Source: Centroscyllium fabricii
Lineage: Eukaryota
Assembly: GCA_051313645.2 (NCBI GenBank)
Contig: JBNRSN020000005.1
Span: 82,336,001 to 82,400,000, forward strand
DNA length: 64,000 nt
Reading direction: 5' to 3'
A program made the position numbers and the translations under genes. The notes beneath the pieces are model-generated. The model was not told the origin of the DNA, did no database searches, and worked only from the letters and a program-made list of their open reading frames with translations. Of the stretch, positions 49,455 to 64,000 are shown piece by piece; within the stretch, counting starts at the first letter, position 1, and each line of letters starts with the position of its first letter.

Positions 49455-50049
49455 TGGCGAATTTTATCCTTCCTGCCTTGCGAGCAGGCAGCTAAACTTG
49501 GCTGGTGACTTACCCGCCGATGTCCTGCACCGTTCCCGCTGTTCTATTTTAACCTGCTCTTCTGATCAGGCGGCAAGGACGCTCCCCTGAAGCTGGCGAG
49601 ACCTTCTATTAATATGCAGATTGGACTCCGATCATGTCATCGGGCGCTGATTGCAATTTTAACTCAGGCCTGAGTGGGGAAGCTGTTGTGGCTTTCCCAC
49701 TAGGTGAAGATAGCGGGAAGAGTATCCGGAGCCCAAATAGGTACCTTTTTTACTTTCTGTGCAGGTTCAGGAGAAGCAGGAGCAATTAAGGCCTTTGCTG
49801 CCCTGAGATTCCCTGCTTCCCTCCCGCAGAACCCTCCCAAATCCTCCTCACCACAACATACCTTGTTGCCGGCGACCTTCCTTTTGCTGCCAGCTGGCAA
49901 GCTCCTGACACCCAAATTTCCACTCCCACCCATTTAGGATGGGCCCAGGAGAGAAAGGCACCAGGCCTTATGCTGCCAAGGTCAGTAGGGTTTGGCACTC
50001 ACCTCGCACTCCACCCATTCGATTCTTGCTCCTGTCTAAAATTGGGGCT
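49455..50049. mobile_element. Degenerate GC-rich MITE-like element
   Basis: GC-rich block bounded by ggcgaatttta...taaaattggggc. No second copy in the window. Confidence 0.4.
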
Positions 50050-53000
50050 GTTGTGTCTGTGGTCATAGAAAGATTAGTTTGGAGTATTGGACCATTTTTT
50101 ATGTTCCCATCAGTTGGAGCATGATGTTACTTACATTAGTGAAATAGAGCAGTAATGATGCTTTATTTGAAAATGCAGTTGATGTAGTTGCCCATGTACA
50201 ATACTTTAAAGAATGAATGCCACTCTCAGTTGAGCTTATTGTAAACTATACGTCTATATTTGATTACTTTTTCATTGTGCTTCAGCATTACCAAACATGG
50301 CACAATCTCCATTTCACTAAAATGACATTTCAAGCTATACTTTAGAAATTTCTAGGAAGCAGAGACCCTAAAATCTCATTTTAATTTAAAAAGGCACCAG
50401 CCATGAATAGCTTCTGACTAAACCAATTTGTGTAGTAAAATTCCCATATCGAGGTACTGCAATTACAAATTGATGAAGAAGTAACTGATGTAATATTCCT
50501 GGTCAACCTTTACTTCATCTTTTAGAAAGGCCTTTTTAAAATGTTTAAGTTCGCTCACATATATAGGTTCATTGCCATTCACTTACACTTGATGTGTACA
50601 TCTATTTTTTGTTCTCATTAATTTTATTGGAAAGCACGATTGGCTTTATGGAACTCCAAATTCAAAATGTAAATACGTTTTTAATAAGAGAATTTTTTAA
50701 TTCTCATTCTCTGACATTTACTTGTTAATTTGACAGAAGCTTTCTGTAATAACAAGCTGCTGGCCTTTAGCATTTCTGGTAGACAAAAACAAAAGGGAAA
50801 AAAAACCAACAAATGCTACCACATACTTTATCATATTGGACAAAAGGAAGATTTTTTTTTCCCATTCCAAAGTTGTAAAGTAAGTCCCCATAGATTTCCT
50901 ATTGATCAGGTAAGCATTTCCTGAACATGTTGTACTGTCAGGAGCTAATGGGGATTTTTGTCAAGTGTTGCCTTCTGGGAGCTTGAATACAATTAAGGGG
51001 TAAGTGTTGGTGAATATTTTCATACCCTTTGGAGGGTCTCCAGGGAGGAACTAGCGAGGGACACAAGACATTTCCAGCTGTACCACACTCTCCACAAGTA
51101 GTATTTTTTTCAAAAGGAAGGAAAAAAAACCCGAACCTGCTTCTGACTGGCTGCCTTCCAAAACAGCATCCTCATTTGAATACAGAAATGGAGAATTAAT
51201 CCCCTCATGCAATTTCCCTGCCTGAAGATATTTTTATATTTTGTGTCAAATGTGAAATAAGTTGATTATATCCTTAGAACATTTTGTCTTTTGAACTTGC
51301 ACAGGGTTGAAATCCATTTCCTTGAATGCCTCATTTTATTGAAATAGATCCATTGCTTTAAAGTTCTTGAATTTCCTAAACTAATCATTTGCAGAATACG
51401 CATTTTATTCAGTCCAAATTTGCAGCTATTTAGATACACGATTTAGGAATCCTATTGTTGATTAACAACCAACGTAGACCAACACGCGTATTTTCCCATT
51501 TGGATAGCATCAATGCTTGTTCTCTTGGCCACAAACCTATTCTTTTTTTGTTTACTAGCATTTAGAAAGTCACCTACATTAATCAGTACGGATGAAGGTT
51601 GAATGGAACTATCACAGGCGAGAGGCAATGAACATATATGGCAGATATCACATTTTTAACTGAATTTTGTAATTGCCGTAGCCACCATCCATTCACCAGA
51701 TTATAAAATACTCCATTAGATTCTGAATGTATCTTGGTGACAGATGGACAGGAGGTTCTCCAATTCTATCCTGTTTACTTACATTTATGTAGATTGTCAC
51801 TTCTGGTTCATGAACCCATGACAAACAGAGCAGAATAGCATTGTAAATAAAGCTCAGAATTACATTTGTATTGATTCAGTTAATCATCTTCCTGTTAATA
51901 TCAGTATTTTCAATTTGTTTTACACCTGGTGGCATATATATTTGTTACAAGGTGTAAAGTTTGTTCTTTCTTAATCTGTTGCGGTTCCTATATTGATTAT
52001 TTCCAAAGAGACAGAACTTTTATTTTCAGTGGAAGATTATCTCGCAGCAGGCTAAATCTTTAAAAATAATGCCCTCTAATTAACTTTGAACAGGCAAAGT
52101 GATGCATTAGATTGGATTTTTACATCTAAAGTTTATGCATTTGAATTTGGATATACAAATGATAATTCTAGTCTTTTTGTTACTGATGGATTGTTACTCC
52201 AGCAATTTTACCAATTTAAAAAATCAACCACTTTAATAATAATTAATTTATCATGCCATAATAAATTCAAGAGAAGCATCTGAGGCAATCCTCAAATAGC
52301 TTTAAGATTCTTAATTTAGATCTGTATTAACCAAACTCATTTTACCCTTCAATTCTACTATTTTTTCAGCAAATTCAGTTAAAGAAACTGCAAATGTTAA
52401 GTTAATGAACCAGCTTTATCTTCAGTTACATAAACATTGTTTCCTGAAATGGTCAAATCCAAAAGTGTGGCTCAGGTAGCTATTATTCACCTGTTATATG
52501 TTCAGATAGTTACTATCGCAAACATGGTAAGTATATAATATTGAGTGATAATTCAAAATCCAGTATCTATGCTAAGAAATGTTCAAAACTATACATATTA
52601 TCACAGACTTATGCCACTTATAACTAAAGTGCAAGTTATCACAAATCTTGCGCCTTCACAGTCGGGTATTTATTTATATTCTTAGTCTTTAACAGTACCT
52701 TTTTACGTACACAAGCACGCTACACATATGCACACTTCTTTGAGTACTGAAGCCACTCAAAGTCTGAACTGATTTGTGAAAGTGAAACTGTCATGTCAAT
52801 TGCTAAAATATTCACCTACACCCCACAAGCTGTTTAAATGTCTAATTGGGGCTATATTTGGGAGTTGCTAAAGTGTGGAGATAAGATTAATCATACACAA
52901 GCAAGTGACAGCTATGGCTAAGATCTCTCGTTCTGCATTCCTAGTGTCAAAATGTTGTCACAAGACACAAATGGAATGTGGTGATCTTGGAATGGTAGTC

Positions 53001-53321
53001 TTAATATTGGCTGAGGTTAAACCCAGTGTATGATAGTTTGATGCCAATACTCTGATAACCTCTGGAAAAAAATGTTCATTAAAGAAGCAATAACTCCTTT
53101 GGCTTGTATTGCACTAATGCCAACTATTCAATTCAGACAGAATTTCCTTCTAAGATAGCACAATATTTTCCTACACATACATATTTGTTTTATAACTATA
53201 AAAGCAAAGACAATATTTTACCTTTTTTCGCCTGAGAATTGTATAGAGGCCAACTGTCCCTTATGCTGGTTGTTCTTACACACCAGTTTTACTCAGCATC
53301 AACTGCGACATACCCCACATA

Positions 53322-54113
53322 GGGGGGGACTTTGCCGGAAGGGCGAGAACCTGGCGGGGATTGGTCTGGGAAGCTTCCTGTCCCGCTCGCCCAAACAGCT
53401 GGGAAGCCCACGCAATTTTAATTTAATTGGGTTGTTAAATCCATGCCGGCGGCAGCGGGTGGTAATTAAGTCAATCGAGTCTGGCTCCAGCGGGGCTGTG
53501 AGGAGTTTGATTGACAGTTCCAGCACTGGTTGTTGACAGTTCCCATGGAAACACTCCACTGTGACATCACAGTCGAGTGGAACCAATGGGAAAGGTCAAG
53601 TGCTGGTGACTGACAGGTGGGCGGGCGGGCTCAGAATCGTTGACAGCTCGCACTGGCTGTGAGCAAATGTGCAGAGCTGAGATTTCTCAGTTTTTGCCCA
53701 CAGCTGGTGCAGACAGAACGAGTAACTTACTCCTCTAAGGTGCTGGAGGCATGCCAAACATTTGGCAGCATGTCCTTCACACCTTGAAGGAGAAAGTGAT
53801 GACCAGCGCTGTGCTCCCGCTGGGTTTCACCCAGCGGGGTTTAAGGTGATGGGGTTAGGGCGGAAAACAGGTCAAAATGACTGAGGGCCCTTAAAATGGC
53901 ATTAAACATGCCAATTAAGGGCCCTTAACCAGGTGACAACCCATCCCCGCCGGCCGGCGGCGGGAAGGTTTTGGGGCGGGGAATCAGGGTGGGGAAAATG
54001 AAAATGCGGCGGGGATATGGTGGGGGTGGGGTCGCAACCTGCCGATTCCGCTATTTTGCCGGCCGGGCCGCCGAAAACCCCGCCTCACGGGGACATGAAA
54101 TTCCCCCCCCCCC
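53322..54113. mobile_element. Family-A MITE copy 3
   Basis: Poly-G/poly-C ends, full-length homology to 3345-4111. Confidence 0.88.
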
Positions 54114-54116
54114 ATT

Positions 54117-54889
54117 GGGGGGGATTTCGCCGGAAGGGCGGGAACCTGGCTGGGATTGGTCTGGGCCGCCTCCGGCCCCGCCCGCCCAAACAGCTGGGAA
54201 GGCCACACAATTTTAGTTTAATTAGGTTGTTAAATCCACGCCAGCGGCAGCGAGAGGTAATTAGGTCAATCGAGTTGGGCTGCATCGGGGCTGCAAGCAG
54301 TTTGATTGACAGTTCCAGCACTGGTTGTTAACAGTTCCCATGGAAACACTCCACTGTGACATCACGGTGGAGTGGAGCAAATGGGAATGGTCAAGTGCTG
54401 GCGACTGACAGGTGGGCGGGCGGGCTCAGAATTCTTGACAGCTCGCAGCGGCTGTGAGGAAATGTTCAGGACTGAGATTTCTCAGTTTCTGCTCACAGCT
54501 GCTGCAGCCACAGTGGAGTTACTTACTCCTCTAAGGTGCTGGAGGCATGCCAAGCATTTGGCAGCGTGTCCTTCACACCTTGAAGGAGAAAGTTATAACC
54601 AGCGCTATGCTCCCGCTGGGTTTCACCTAGCGGGGTTTAAGGTGACGGGGTTCGGACGGGAAACAGGGCAAAATGGCTGAGGGCCCTTAAAATGGCATTA
54701 AAGATGCCAATTAAGGGCCCTTAACGAGGTGACAACCCATCCCCGCTGGCCAGCGGCGGGAATGTTTCGGGGCGGTGAGTCTGGGTGGGGGAAAATGAGA
54801 AAGCGGCAGGGGGGCGGGACCTGCGGTTTCGCTATATTGTCGGCCAGGCCGCCGAAAACCCCGCCTCACGGGGACATGAAACCCCCCCC
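54117..54889. mobile_element. Family-A MITE copy 4 (head-to-tail with copy 3)
   Basis: Starts 3 bp after copy 3, in the same orientation. Confidence 0.88.
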
Positions 54890-57800
54890 AATTCTCAAGT
54901 AACCTTTTAAGAAGCCAGGATTACTAAGTGTAACAGTGAGAAAGCTGAAAAGCAGACAAATGGGACATGAGTTAATAAGATTTTGATGGCTGCAATTTAG
55001 TCAAATAGGCTGCAGGATAATGCTATACTTTATTGCTTCATACAATAGCTTGTTAGCACAACATAGTCTTCCTTTCCTCTTAAAGTACACTGTATTAACA
55101 ACTGCAAATGCCTGCAATGCACCCTTGACATCAGCCTGACTGTAAGTCTCGTGGCATGCTCACCAGGGATGAGTAGTAGTTGTTGGCATAGCAAACTGTG
55201 TTTGTGACCTCTTAACACTCCAGACAGCTGTTAAGACCCTGCCTTTAATAGGCAAGGTTAGCAGGGTGCAGGCCTCTTCTCTGCACTGACCAGGGCCCCT
55301 ATTGCATAAAGGGGAGAACAAAAGACTGATGACAGCTCCTGATGTCTGGGCATTTCAGAAGCTGGCTCAAAAGTTCATCGTGATAGACTGGATTAGTGCA
55401 CATTACAGCACCATTTGCCAAATATGGATGCAGTATCCTACTAGCCTTTCTACACATGCTATGTTATCCATCATGCAAACTACACTAGCTGCACCTGGAA
55501 AGGACGTTTCTTCCTGTACAGTTATTTTAGCTGCCGTAATAAATCTAGCTATTGGAATTTAAAGTCACTGTTACTCCCAGCAGTCCTATTTCTTTTGCAT
55601 CGGCATTCTACTTGTATTGCCTGGGCAAGATCATCACAATTACCCAGATCAAAATCCAACTTGCGAAAAAAGGGGAAAAAAGGTCAAGGAAAGAAAAACT
55701 GCTTTTAACAGAGTTAAGGTGCTTCAAATCTATTTCAAAATGAGGCAAGGTGACAGCTGTTCATGGAAATTAGGACCCTCCCACTAGAATTACTGGTGAT
55801 TAGAAATTTCAAAAAGCTGGGTGGTATGCAGATACGTAATAATTTAAAAAAATGCCATTTTATTAAACCCGGTCGAATTATTAACATCGTTGAACAGCAA
55901 ATACTTAACGTTAGCATTTTGCATCAGTTTAATACATTGCATCTTATTGGGGAATTCTGCAACTGTTCACATATTCAAACCAAGAAGAAAAAAAGATGTC
56001 ACAGAGGGTCACAAATTATGTTCAGGTTTGACAGATTGTAGCCTTGCTTTACAAGAGTAGTAACATCTCATTTGTCACAGTTTGATCAGTAAGTGCGTGA
56101 ATGCAAGCGGAAGGCTTTCCATCTCCGCACCAATTTAATAGTTCTGAGGCTGTCACCGGGCTAGAGCCACCTGCCCAAGAATTGCAACACTGATCAGTTT
56201 TAATTTAATCGGCCGTCAATCGGAATGAAATCATAAATCGTCTCCTTTGATTCCTCTGGCAGTATATATTTTTTCAGTGATATTCCAGTGTTAGAAAAAG
56301 CATTTTTTGAAGGCCTGTGTAGGCAGTATTTAATACCCCAGAAAAATCAAAACCTAGTGATGGGACACACCATTGGGATTCTCACACTTTAGACCTGTCT
56401 TATTGTTGGTGCTTCACCAGCCGATGAAAGCAGTGTCTGACATAGACTGTGGCAATTGCGTGGAATTTCCTGAAAAGGGTGAGATGCAAACCGGTTACGT
56501 AAATTGGTTTTTTTGGGGGGGGCGGGGGGTGGTTGGGCAAGTAGGACGAACAGCTCTTGCGTATTAAAGAAACCTACCATTTTTGAATTGGCAAATTTGA
56601 ACAACAAAATAATCTGTGGTACTTGGAGTGCAGTACTGACCAACTTGGTCACCGCACCAGATAAGATAAATGCAACCAAAAGCAAATTTCCCCCTCCCCC
56701 ATGATGAAAATAACAAATGACAGCACATGCCCTGAAGGAGGCTACTGTCTCTTTAAGTGAGTTTACTAAATGCATTTCAGTTTTGCGAGTAAATGGAGTT
56801 AGTCTATTGTACATGTTTAATTCCCTATTAGTCCCCAGTGTTTACTGCTGTGGCCAAGCTGGGGCACCTGTAAATTGGGTTAAATACAACACATTGTCTA
56901 AACATATCACAGTTACAATCATTCACCTCGAATGGTGATAAGAAACCTCTTGTATTATTGAATCTACAATGGGGAGGCTCTGCAGGCGCAGAGATAACAG
57001 CTAGTTATTTCTCCTTAAGTAGAAAGAAAAACAGTGGCTTGAGCTTGCTGTTATGACTGTGACATTAATTATAACCCACTGAATTGTTTTATGCTGCTGG
57101 AGTGGTTTTGAGATTAAGCTCGCCCTCCAAGCTCCTGTGCATATGGCTCTGATTAAAAATATTTGTCATTCAAGAAAACTTTCATTTTCAAGCGGAGATG
57201 ATGTATTTATTTTTCTCTGTGTAATCTTGCAGGTTTAATTAGTGGCACGCCAGAAAAACAGATTGGAATTATTTCAGCCTAGCAATTAAAATGGAATGCT
57301 AAGTGAAAGCTATTTCAGGTCCCCTATAGGGATTTAATGTTAACAATGTGTACTTTTTCTTTGGTGAATCCTTGATAAGCAGGAGGGCGAGACAGCTTTC
57401 ATTATCATCAGAAGCACTTCATGGTCATTCTGTAGTGTTTGAAAGGGATATTTGTTCATTGTAAATGGTCAATTTTTTTTCAGGCTTTTGAAATATAATT
57501 TACAATTTTTAATTTGATTCAATTTGATTAAATCATTAATTAGCTTGGAGTTAATTTTCTGGAAAATAAACTGAGCAGTAAGGGTTAGCTTTATTAAGTT
57601 TACTGTGAGCGAGGTATAAGTAGCAGAAAATAAGCTGACACAAACACAGGCAGACATATTGTGAAACTTGGTGACTACTAAATATAGCATTTTCTGTCAT
57701 TGCCTCTGTAGTTACCCATCCTAGAAAGACGCCAGATGGTGTCATTGTGGTAGTGCGCAGTGGATACAGGATATATTGAGTGACATCACAACAGTAGTGT

Positions 57801-60800
57801 GCAATGAATAAGATTGTATTGTCAATACTTGTTTTCAGTATGAATACTGAGTTAGCTCTCTAGTGGTCTAACATATTGTACAGTATTTGTAGCTATTTTG
57901 GAGTAGGAGTAGGTTAGTTTACTGGTTTGCATTCAAAAAGTGGTTATACTAAATCAATGTAATATCAATGACCCAGTGTGCAGTGACACCAATAACTAGT
58001 AGCTGTGAATACTGATTCGTTTTACCCTTAAATACATGCTTACAAAGCAAAACTTTGTGATGTACCCAAGCTTCCTGCTTGACGATAGCTGCTGCAACCA
58101 ATTTTGAAGTATTTCCTCCTCTTGAAAATGCACAGTTTAAATTCTGAAAAGGGTTACAACAAACTCACTGTGTTGGATTATACTGTCGATATTGCTATCT
58201 GTATAGGCTGTGTTACCTCAACCGATCACCTCCCGAGCAGGACAGTCATGCCTCTTTAATACTGTAATCAGACGGCCGCTGCCAGTATCAGATCAGTAGC
58301 TGCTGTTTAGATTTTAACTAGCTAGTATGTACAGAGAAACTGCCTGGCTGAAACCTCAATTCTGCTGCCCAGGAGAGAGCTCTGCGCTCGCATTCATATA
58401 CAAGCTGACTTGTACCAATGTTGAAGTTGGAGTGGTAATGCACCCTAAGCTTTGTACTTAATGCACAATTTCTCTGTTGTAATTCCATTTGCTGTATGCA
58501 AGCGTTGAAAATAATTGCTCACAAACTGCCATTTTATATAGTCTGGCGAAACCCAATATGGACATGGAAAGAATTATTGACGAGCGTGTTTTTTTTTCCT
58601 GAGATGCTATGCAAGTAATGAAAAGAAGCATTTTGAATCCATGTTGAGTTCATAAAGAATCATATTGAAAGATTAACATTCCAAAGGCTATTTCTATGTT
58701 AATTCTGAAAGTGCTATTTAAACAGAAGAGTGACAGTAGAATAAGCTCTGGATAATCATTTTGTACAGCTCTTTATCCAATTCACTTTAGCTCTAATGGT
58801 GTCTGTGTCCACACAGACACTTAAAATTTATACACTTGACGCCTTCTCTCCCAACCCCTCCCCAAAACAAAAAGTTAAACAGAAGTTACAGCTGCTGCTC
58901 ACATATTAGGCCTTCTAGCTTTTCAACATCTATTCTATTGTTGAAGTCATTGGATATATGACATGTTCTACATTGGGAATATTAGAACTCAAAGAGTTTT
59001 TGCAGAATAATTTGTAGCCAGTGAGTACATTTCTGTTTAATGCTCCCCATCCATACATTAAAAGGACAGTCTAGCTGTAACAAAATTAATAAGTATTGAT
59101 TGGGGAAGACGTATTGAGAATAATGGCCACAGCAACCTCGTGGTCTAGTGATAAGAATTCAGAGGTTGCAGGTTAGAGCCACCTGACCCAGGTCTCTGCC
59201 AGCCCTCGAGTGTGATGCATTTTGTCAGTTTGTATCAGGGCTACCAGAAAGAAAGCCTCACAATGTCTTAAAGGGAGGCAATAAACACATTATCTTAATC
59301 TGCCCATTTTCAAATACTTCTTCTGTCTTACGATGAAGTGGGATTAGAACCGACTTTCATTTAGTTTGCTAGTAGAAAGAGGCACGTGACAATGAGGGGA
59401 AAGTTCAGAAAAGGCTGAGAAAAATTTAAATGGAGAGAGGAGAGACAATACTATATTCAAATCGAATTACAGCTTTTAAACAGCTTTATACAGATGCTCA
59501 ACAATTTAAAGAAAAAATAGCAATTGTCCCTCAATATATTTTCTCCAATTGGATAGCAGGAAAGAGGTAATGATATAATGTTACAATGCTACAGTGAGTA
59601 GGTAAACTTTCAGTGAAAAAGTATTAATGCTGTATGGAAACAACCAATCCTGAATAATCAATCAGAAAAAATTAGGCAAACCAGCAAAATATTTTTTGAG
59701 CATTCTTTCAGCCACCATCATATTTTCTCCATGAGCCCGAATACGTACTAATGCAAATAAGATTTATAACATATTGAAGTTGTACATTTCTGTGTTAAAA
59801 TGCCTCTAAACAATATTTCTATTGGAAGGCCTGTACCTGTCTCAGAAGCCTTGACTGTTTTATATTATTAGTCTATCTCCCATAGCCTTGGGGAGTTAAG
59901 TGGGGATGAGAGCGGGAGATAATTGGACTCGGGCACCCAGATGGATGAAATCCAGTCCCCATTTTAAAGTGATGCATTCTGTCCTTTTTTTTAATTAATA
60001 CTATCATTTTGTATTATTATTTATATTAAGTAGCAAAACTGATGGCAGTTGGGTAGAGAAGCAGAGTTGGTTGGAGCATAGGAGTTTATTTGCAGTACAG
60101 GCTGAGGGGCAAACAAATGCAAGGCTGAGGCAGGGAGGTATAATTAAGGAGTGGCGAGGTTACATAGGTGGTTTCCATTGTAAATGTGGAGATAGGAACT
60201 TATGATGGAAACAGTCGGCACAAAAGCGTGACAATAGAAAGGAGGATTTTGCAGACGGGAACTGCAGGCAGAGACAAGATTAATATATTGTGTAGATATC
60301 TGTGACTTATTGCCAATTTGATATTTTACCTTGCAGTGTTGGGCTGGTTTGATCTGCGGCCAAATAAAAGTAATTGTTTTACCCACATTCAGCTGGCTCC
60401 TGCCTCTAAGAGTGAGATTGTGCTTGCAACAGTGGGCAATACTACAGGAGATCTGCTAGATTGTCTGTACTTAGTTAATTTATTTGTATTTCATGTATTT
60501 ATATAAGATTTTGTCTGTAAAATTACAGTCAAATTGAATAAATGAAGAAAACAGAGACCATCAGAAAAGGCAAAAAATAACCTACTGTACTTTGAAATTT
60601 GATTCAAATTAGATTTTTGATGGTCATTTATCTGGTAAAATTATAGCTGAAATCCTCCCTACAGCTGAAATCTGAAACAGACTTGATGTTTATTGGGGTG
60701 AGAAGAGGTGATCAACTGACTATATCTATTAATCGATTACAAGTTTAATTGACTAATGATCATCCACTTGATTAAAGGTTTGGCTGTCATGTTTGTTTAT

Positions 60801-61662
60801 TCTATTGATATTCATTGTGTTTCACAATTAATCAGTGGTATAAATTGAAATAATTGCACTCTTCATTAGTATTAATTGAACCTCTTCGTGCGTGTTGAAA
60901 ATTATTAACCCTTACCCTGCTGAACAGAAATAAATCTGCGACACATGCTCTGAGGTGTAAAGAACTCCATGAATTAAAAAAAATGCAGTCTTATTCCACC
61001 CAGAAGACTAATTCAGCTGTTGATCAAAATGTGAGTAGAAGGCAACATTAGTGAGTTCTATCCCCCCACCCCCCCCCCCCCCACCCAAAATTGGGCACTT
61101 TTCATATTTTGAGTGAAAAGAGAAAGCAATTTAATTGACTACTTGCAATAGTTTCAGGCGAAATGATAGGTCGACTCCCATCCAAAACCGGTATGGATTT
61201 GGTGGAGCGTCGGAAGGCTCGAACCGTTTTCAGGTTTGAGCCTCTTCAGCAGAATTTGGGGGAGCTGCCAAGCACTCAGAGGAGACAGCTCATTGCCAAA
61301 CCAGGGAATGGAAAATAGGCAGGTCCATTGGTGCTTTGAGCTAGCGGTATGTAGTAAAGGAGGGGGAGGCGCACTGGTTGGGGCCCATCCAGCAGCAGGC
61401 TGCAGTATTTTACTACTGCTCTTGACCCCACAAAAAAATTCCTCCTTTTTAAGGACCACTAGTTAGGTACAAATGGGCATAGCATGTGATGTGCATGATC
61501 CACCCATTTTACCTGACAATTGTAAACAAGGTCCAACAACCCATATGTTAACAGCCTCGCACCTATTCTGAGCAGGCAGGCTATGCATCCATTCACAGGC
61601 CCATCTGAAAATTGAGTCCAAGGGACATCGCAGTGCATCCCCATTTTCTACTGCCAGCCGCC

Positions 61663-62070
61663 TTTTTCTTCATTCATTTTCAGGAAGTGGGCATCACTGG
61701 CAAGACCGGCATTTACTGCACTTCCCCAGTTGTCCTGAGAAAGTGGTATGCAACCTAATGGTTTGCTAGGCCACTTCAGAGGGCAGTTAAGAGTCAACCA
61801 CATTGGTGTGCGTTTGAAGTCACATATAGGCCAGGCCAGGTAAGGACGGCAGCTTTCCTTCCCTGAAGGACATTAGTAAACCAGTTAGGTTTTTACAACA
61901 ATCCAACAACGTCATTGTTACTTTTTACTGATGCCAGCTTTTTATTTCAGGATTTAAAAAATTTAATTCAAATTTTCAAGCTTCCACGGTGGTATTTGAA
62001 CTCATGTCTCCGGATTATTAGTCCAGACCTCTGGATTGCTAGTCCAGCAACATAACCACGACATTACTGT
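61663..62070 (-). mobile_element. Older, more diverged family-S-like SINE
   Basis: Shares agagtcaaccacattg...ccaggtaaggacggcag...ttccttccct with 41076-41562. Confidence 0.75.
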
Positions 62071-62383
62071 ATGGATGGGCAGCGATTAAAAATCACCCCT
62101 TGATGCAGTAAAGTAGAGGCAATACCTGAGCCTTCATTTTTTGATATTATTGAGCTGTTTTGAAGATGCCTGAACCAATGCCGCTGGTAGACAGCTTTAT
62201 TGTTGGGTAGGTGAACTATAGCCTACCTTCTCACCAAGGAATGATCCATACTCTGGTGTGAGTAAAAAGGAAAGCTATTTTTTTTTTAAAAGGGCCCTAT
62301 CTTAATCTAATCTGCACCATAAAATGTATATTTCAGTATTTCAGTCAAACAAATACTCATATATAGTAGAGTCAACTGCTTTT

Positions 62384-62783
62384 CATAGAAACATAGAAAA
62401 CATAGAAGATAGGAGCAGGAGTAGGCCATTCGGCCCTTCGAGCCTTCAGCCCATTCAATGAGATCATGGCTGATCATCCAAACCCAGTACCCTGTCTCGG
62501 CCTTGTCCCCATATCCCTCGATCCCTATCGAGCCTACACCGACACATATCCCGCCCTATCCCCGTAACCCCACATATTCAATCCCCCTAACACTAAGGGT
62601 CAATTTATCATGGCTAATCAACCTAACCCGCACATCTTTGGACTGTGGGAGGAAACCGGAGCACCCGGAGGAAACCCACGCAGACACGGGGAGAATGTGC
62701 ACACTCCACACAGATAGTACCCGAGGCTGGATTTGAACCCGGGTCTCTAGTGCTGTAAGGCAACAGTGCTAACCACTATGCCC
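62384..62783 (-). mobile_element. HE1-like V-SINE copy 3
   Basis: Reverse complement of 24131-24535 and 35564-35954. Confidence 0.9.
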
Positions 62784-64000
62784 ATTTTGTTTCTGGTTTA
62801 ACTTCCAATATTAATGATTTCTAAATGGAACAAAATCTTGTTTGAGTAACTACCCAGCTCCAGCAACCTGTTTTCATTAATGTATCATGTTTCATTGTAT
62901 TTGGATGATGATTAATCATACTGCTACAATCAAAATGTTAAATGTGTACATGTAATCTTAAGTCCTCACTCCAGCAATAGCTTGCTTTTAAAGTAACTCA
63001 CAAATAGACACGTTTTTTTTTAAACAAGTAGAATGATGTAAGCAGACTGCTTGAGATCTATTCCTGCCCCAGAGTGGGAATCCTTTGGTTTTCTTTACAC
63101 ACAGAAACTGCAAGTGAAGTTGGCAGTGTTACCTGGAGAGCAGGATGTGACTCAAAAGATGAAGGCAATTGCTGTGACAGAAGTCTTTATTAGCCTGGGC
63201 AGTATTGTAACATGTACACAGGGTAGAGCAGAGAAGGGTGACAGGTACCCAAATGGATTCAAGGCAAACTACATCAGTAATCATGCTTTATGTACTTCCA
63301 AGTCTAGCATGAAATTGGGTTTTAGTTGGTCTTTAATGAGAGAGAGCCATTTGGAAGGTTTTAGTCCCTGGCAGGAGGTCGCCTTTCAGCATGGTGGATT
63401 GCAAAAGAGTAAAAGCAGAAAATTGCAATGTGCATTGTACCTGACAAATTTTATGATGATTTTTCACTGCGTTTTGTGCAGCTATCTGTTTTAACCTAAG
63501 CTAATTATTCATTTAACATTCATCCTCTACCCCTAAAATATATTTACTCTAATCTTGTTTCTGAAATGATGGTCAAATTACTTTTTATTTTCCTGGTATA
63601 AAAATGGAATTTTCTCATATATAAAACTAATACTATAGTTATACTGCACCTTTTTTACTGGTGCCATATTGAGACTTTTATAACGTACGTGCCAACACTG
63701 CAGTGTGCTGCTGGTGATCCAGGACTGTGGAGCTTTATGCTTCACACCAGTAGTAATATAACTGCTCTCAGTGTGACATCTGACTTTTATACAACTTTTT
63801 TTTAAAGCTTGACAGTAAAAGAGGCAAGCATTCTATTTTCTACAAACTGGAAACAGTTGACACAAGAGCTTCATTTTTCAGTCAGAAGAGGACTCAGCGA
63901 TATACGACATGCTAAGTGGCCCTCCCTGCATGCATGCAGTCCTGTCACCTGAAGCTCCAGTGTGATTCAAGTGTGTGGTGTAACTTTGGCTCCCTGTTCA

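Overview
Eukaryotic (vertebrate) genomic DNA, almost certainly a shark or other elasmobranch, judged from HE1-type V-SINEs, a DeuSINE and Penelope and Harbinger-type repeats. The window holds the 5' part of the nuclear-receptor gene ESRRG (ERR-gamma) on the + strand. Coding exon 1 (17355-17410, MDLVELCLPESFSLHYDEE) is missed by the ORF track. Exon 2 (43245-43657) encodes AF-1 and zinc finger 1, and exon 3 (46147-46263) encodes zinc finger 2. The hinge and ligand-binding exons lie beyond the window. The rest is upstream and intronic DNA with many transposon remnants: CR1, L2 and CR1/L2-group LINEs, three SINE families, Penelope-like elements with hammerhead-ribozyme remnants, GGG-TIR MITEs with 3-bp TSDs, Tigger-like MITEs, and a solo LTR. 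There is also a 33-bp minisatellite and a 143-N gap. Almost all other ORFs in the track look spurious. No new multi-gene system is evident. The best leads are regulatory or RNA-level: an overlapping uORF at the long-isoform start, a candidate in-frame alternative first exon, a MITE packed with NRF1/YY1 motifs, inverted SINEs bracketing exons 2-3, and conserved hairpins in one MITE family.
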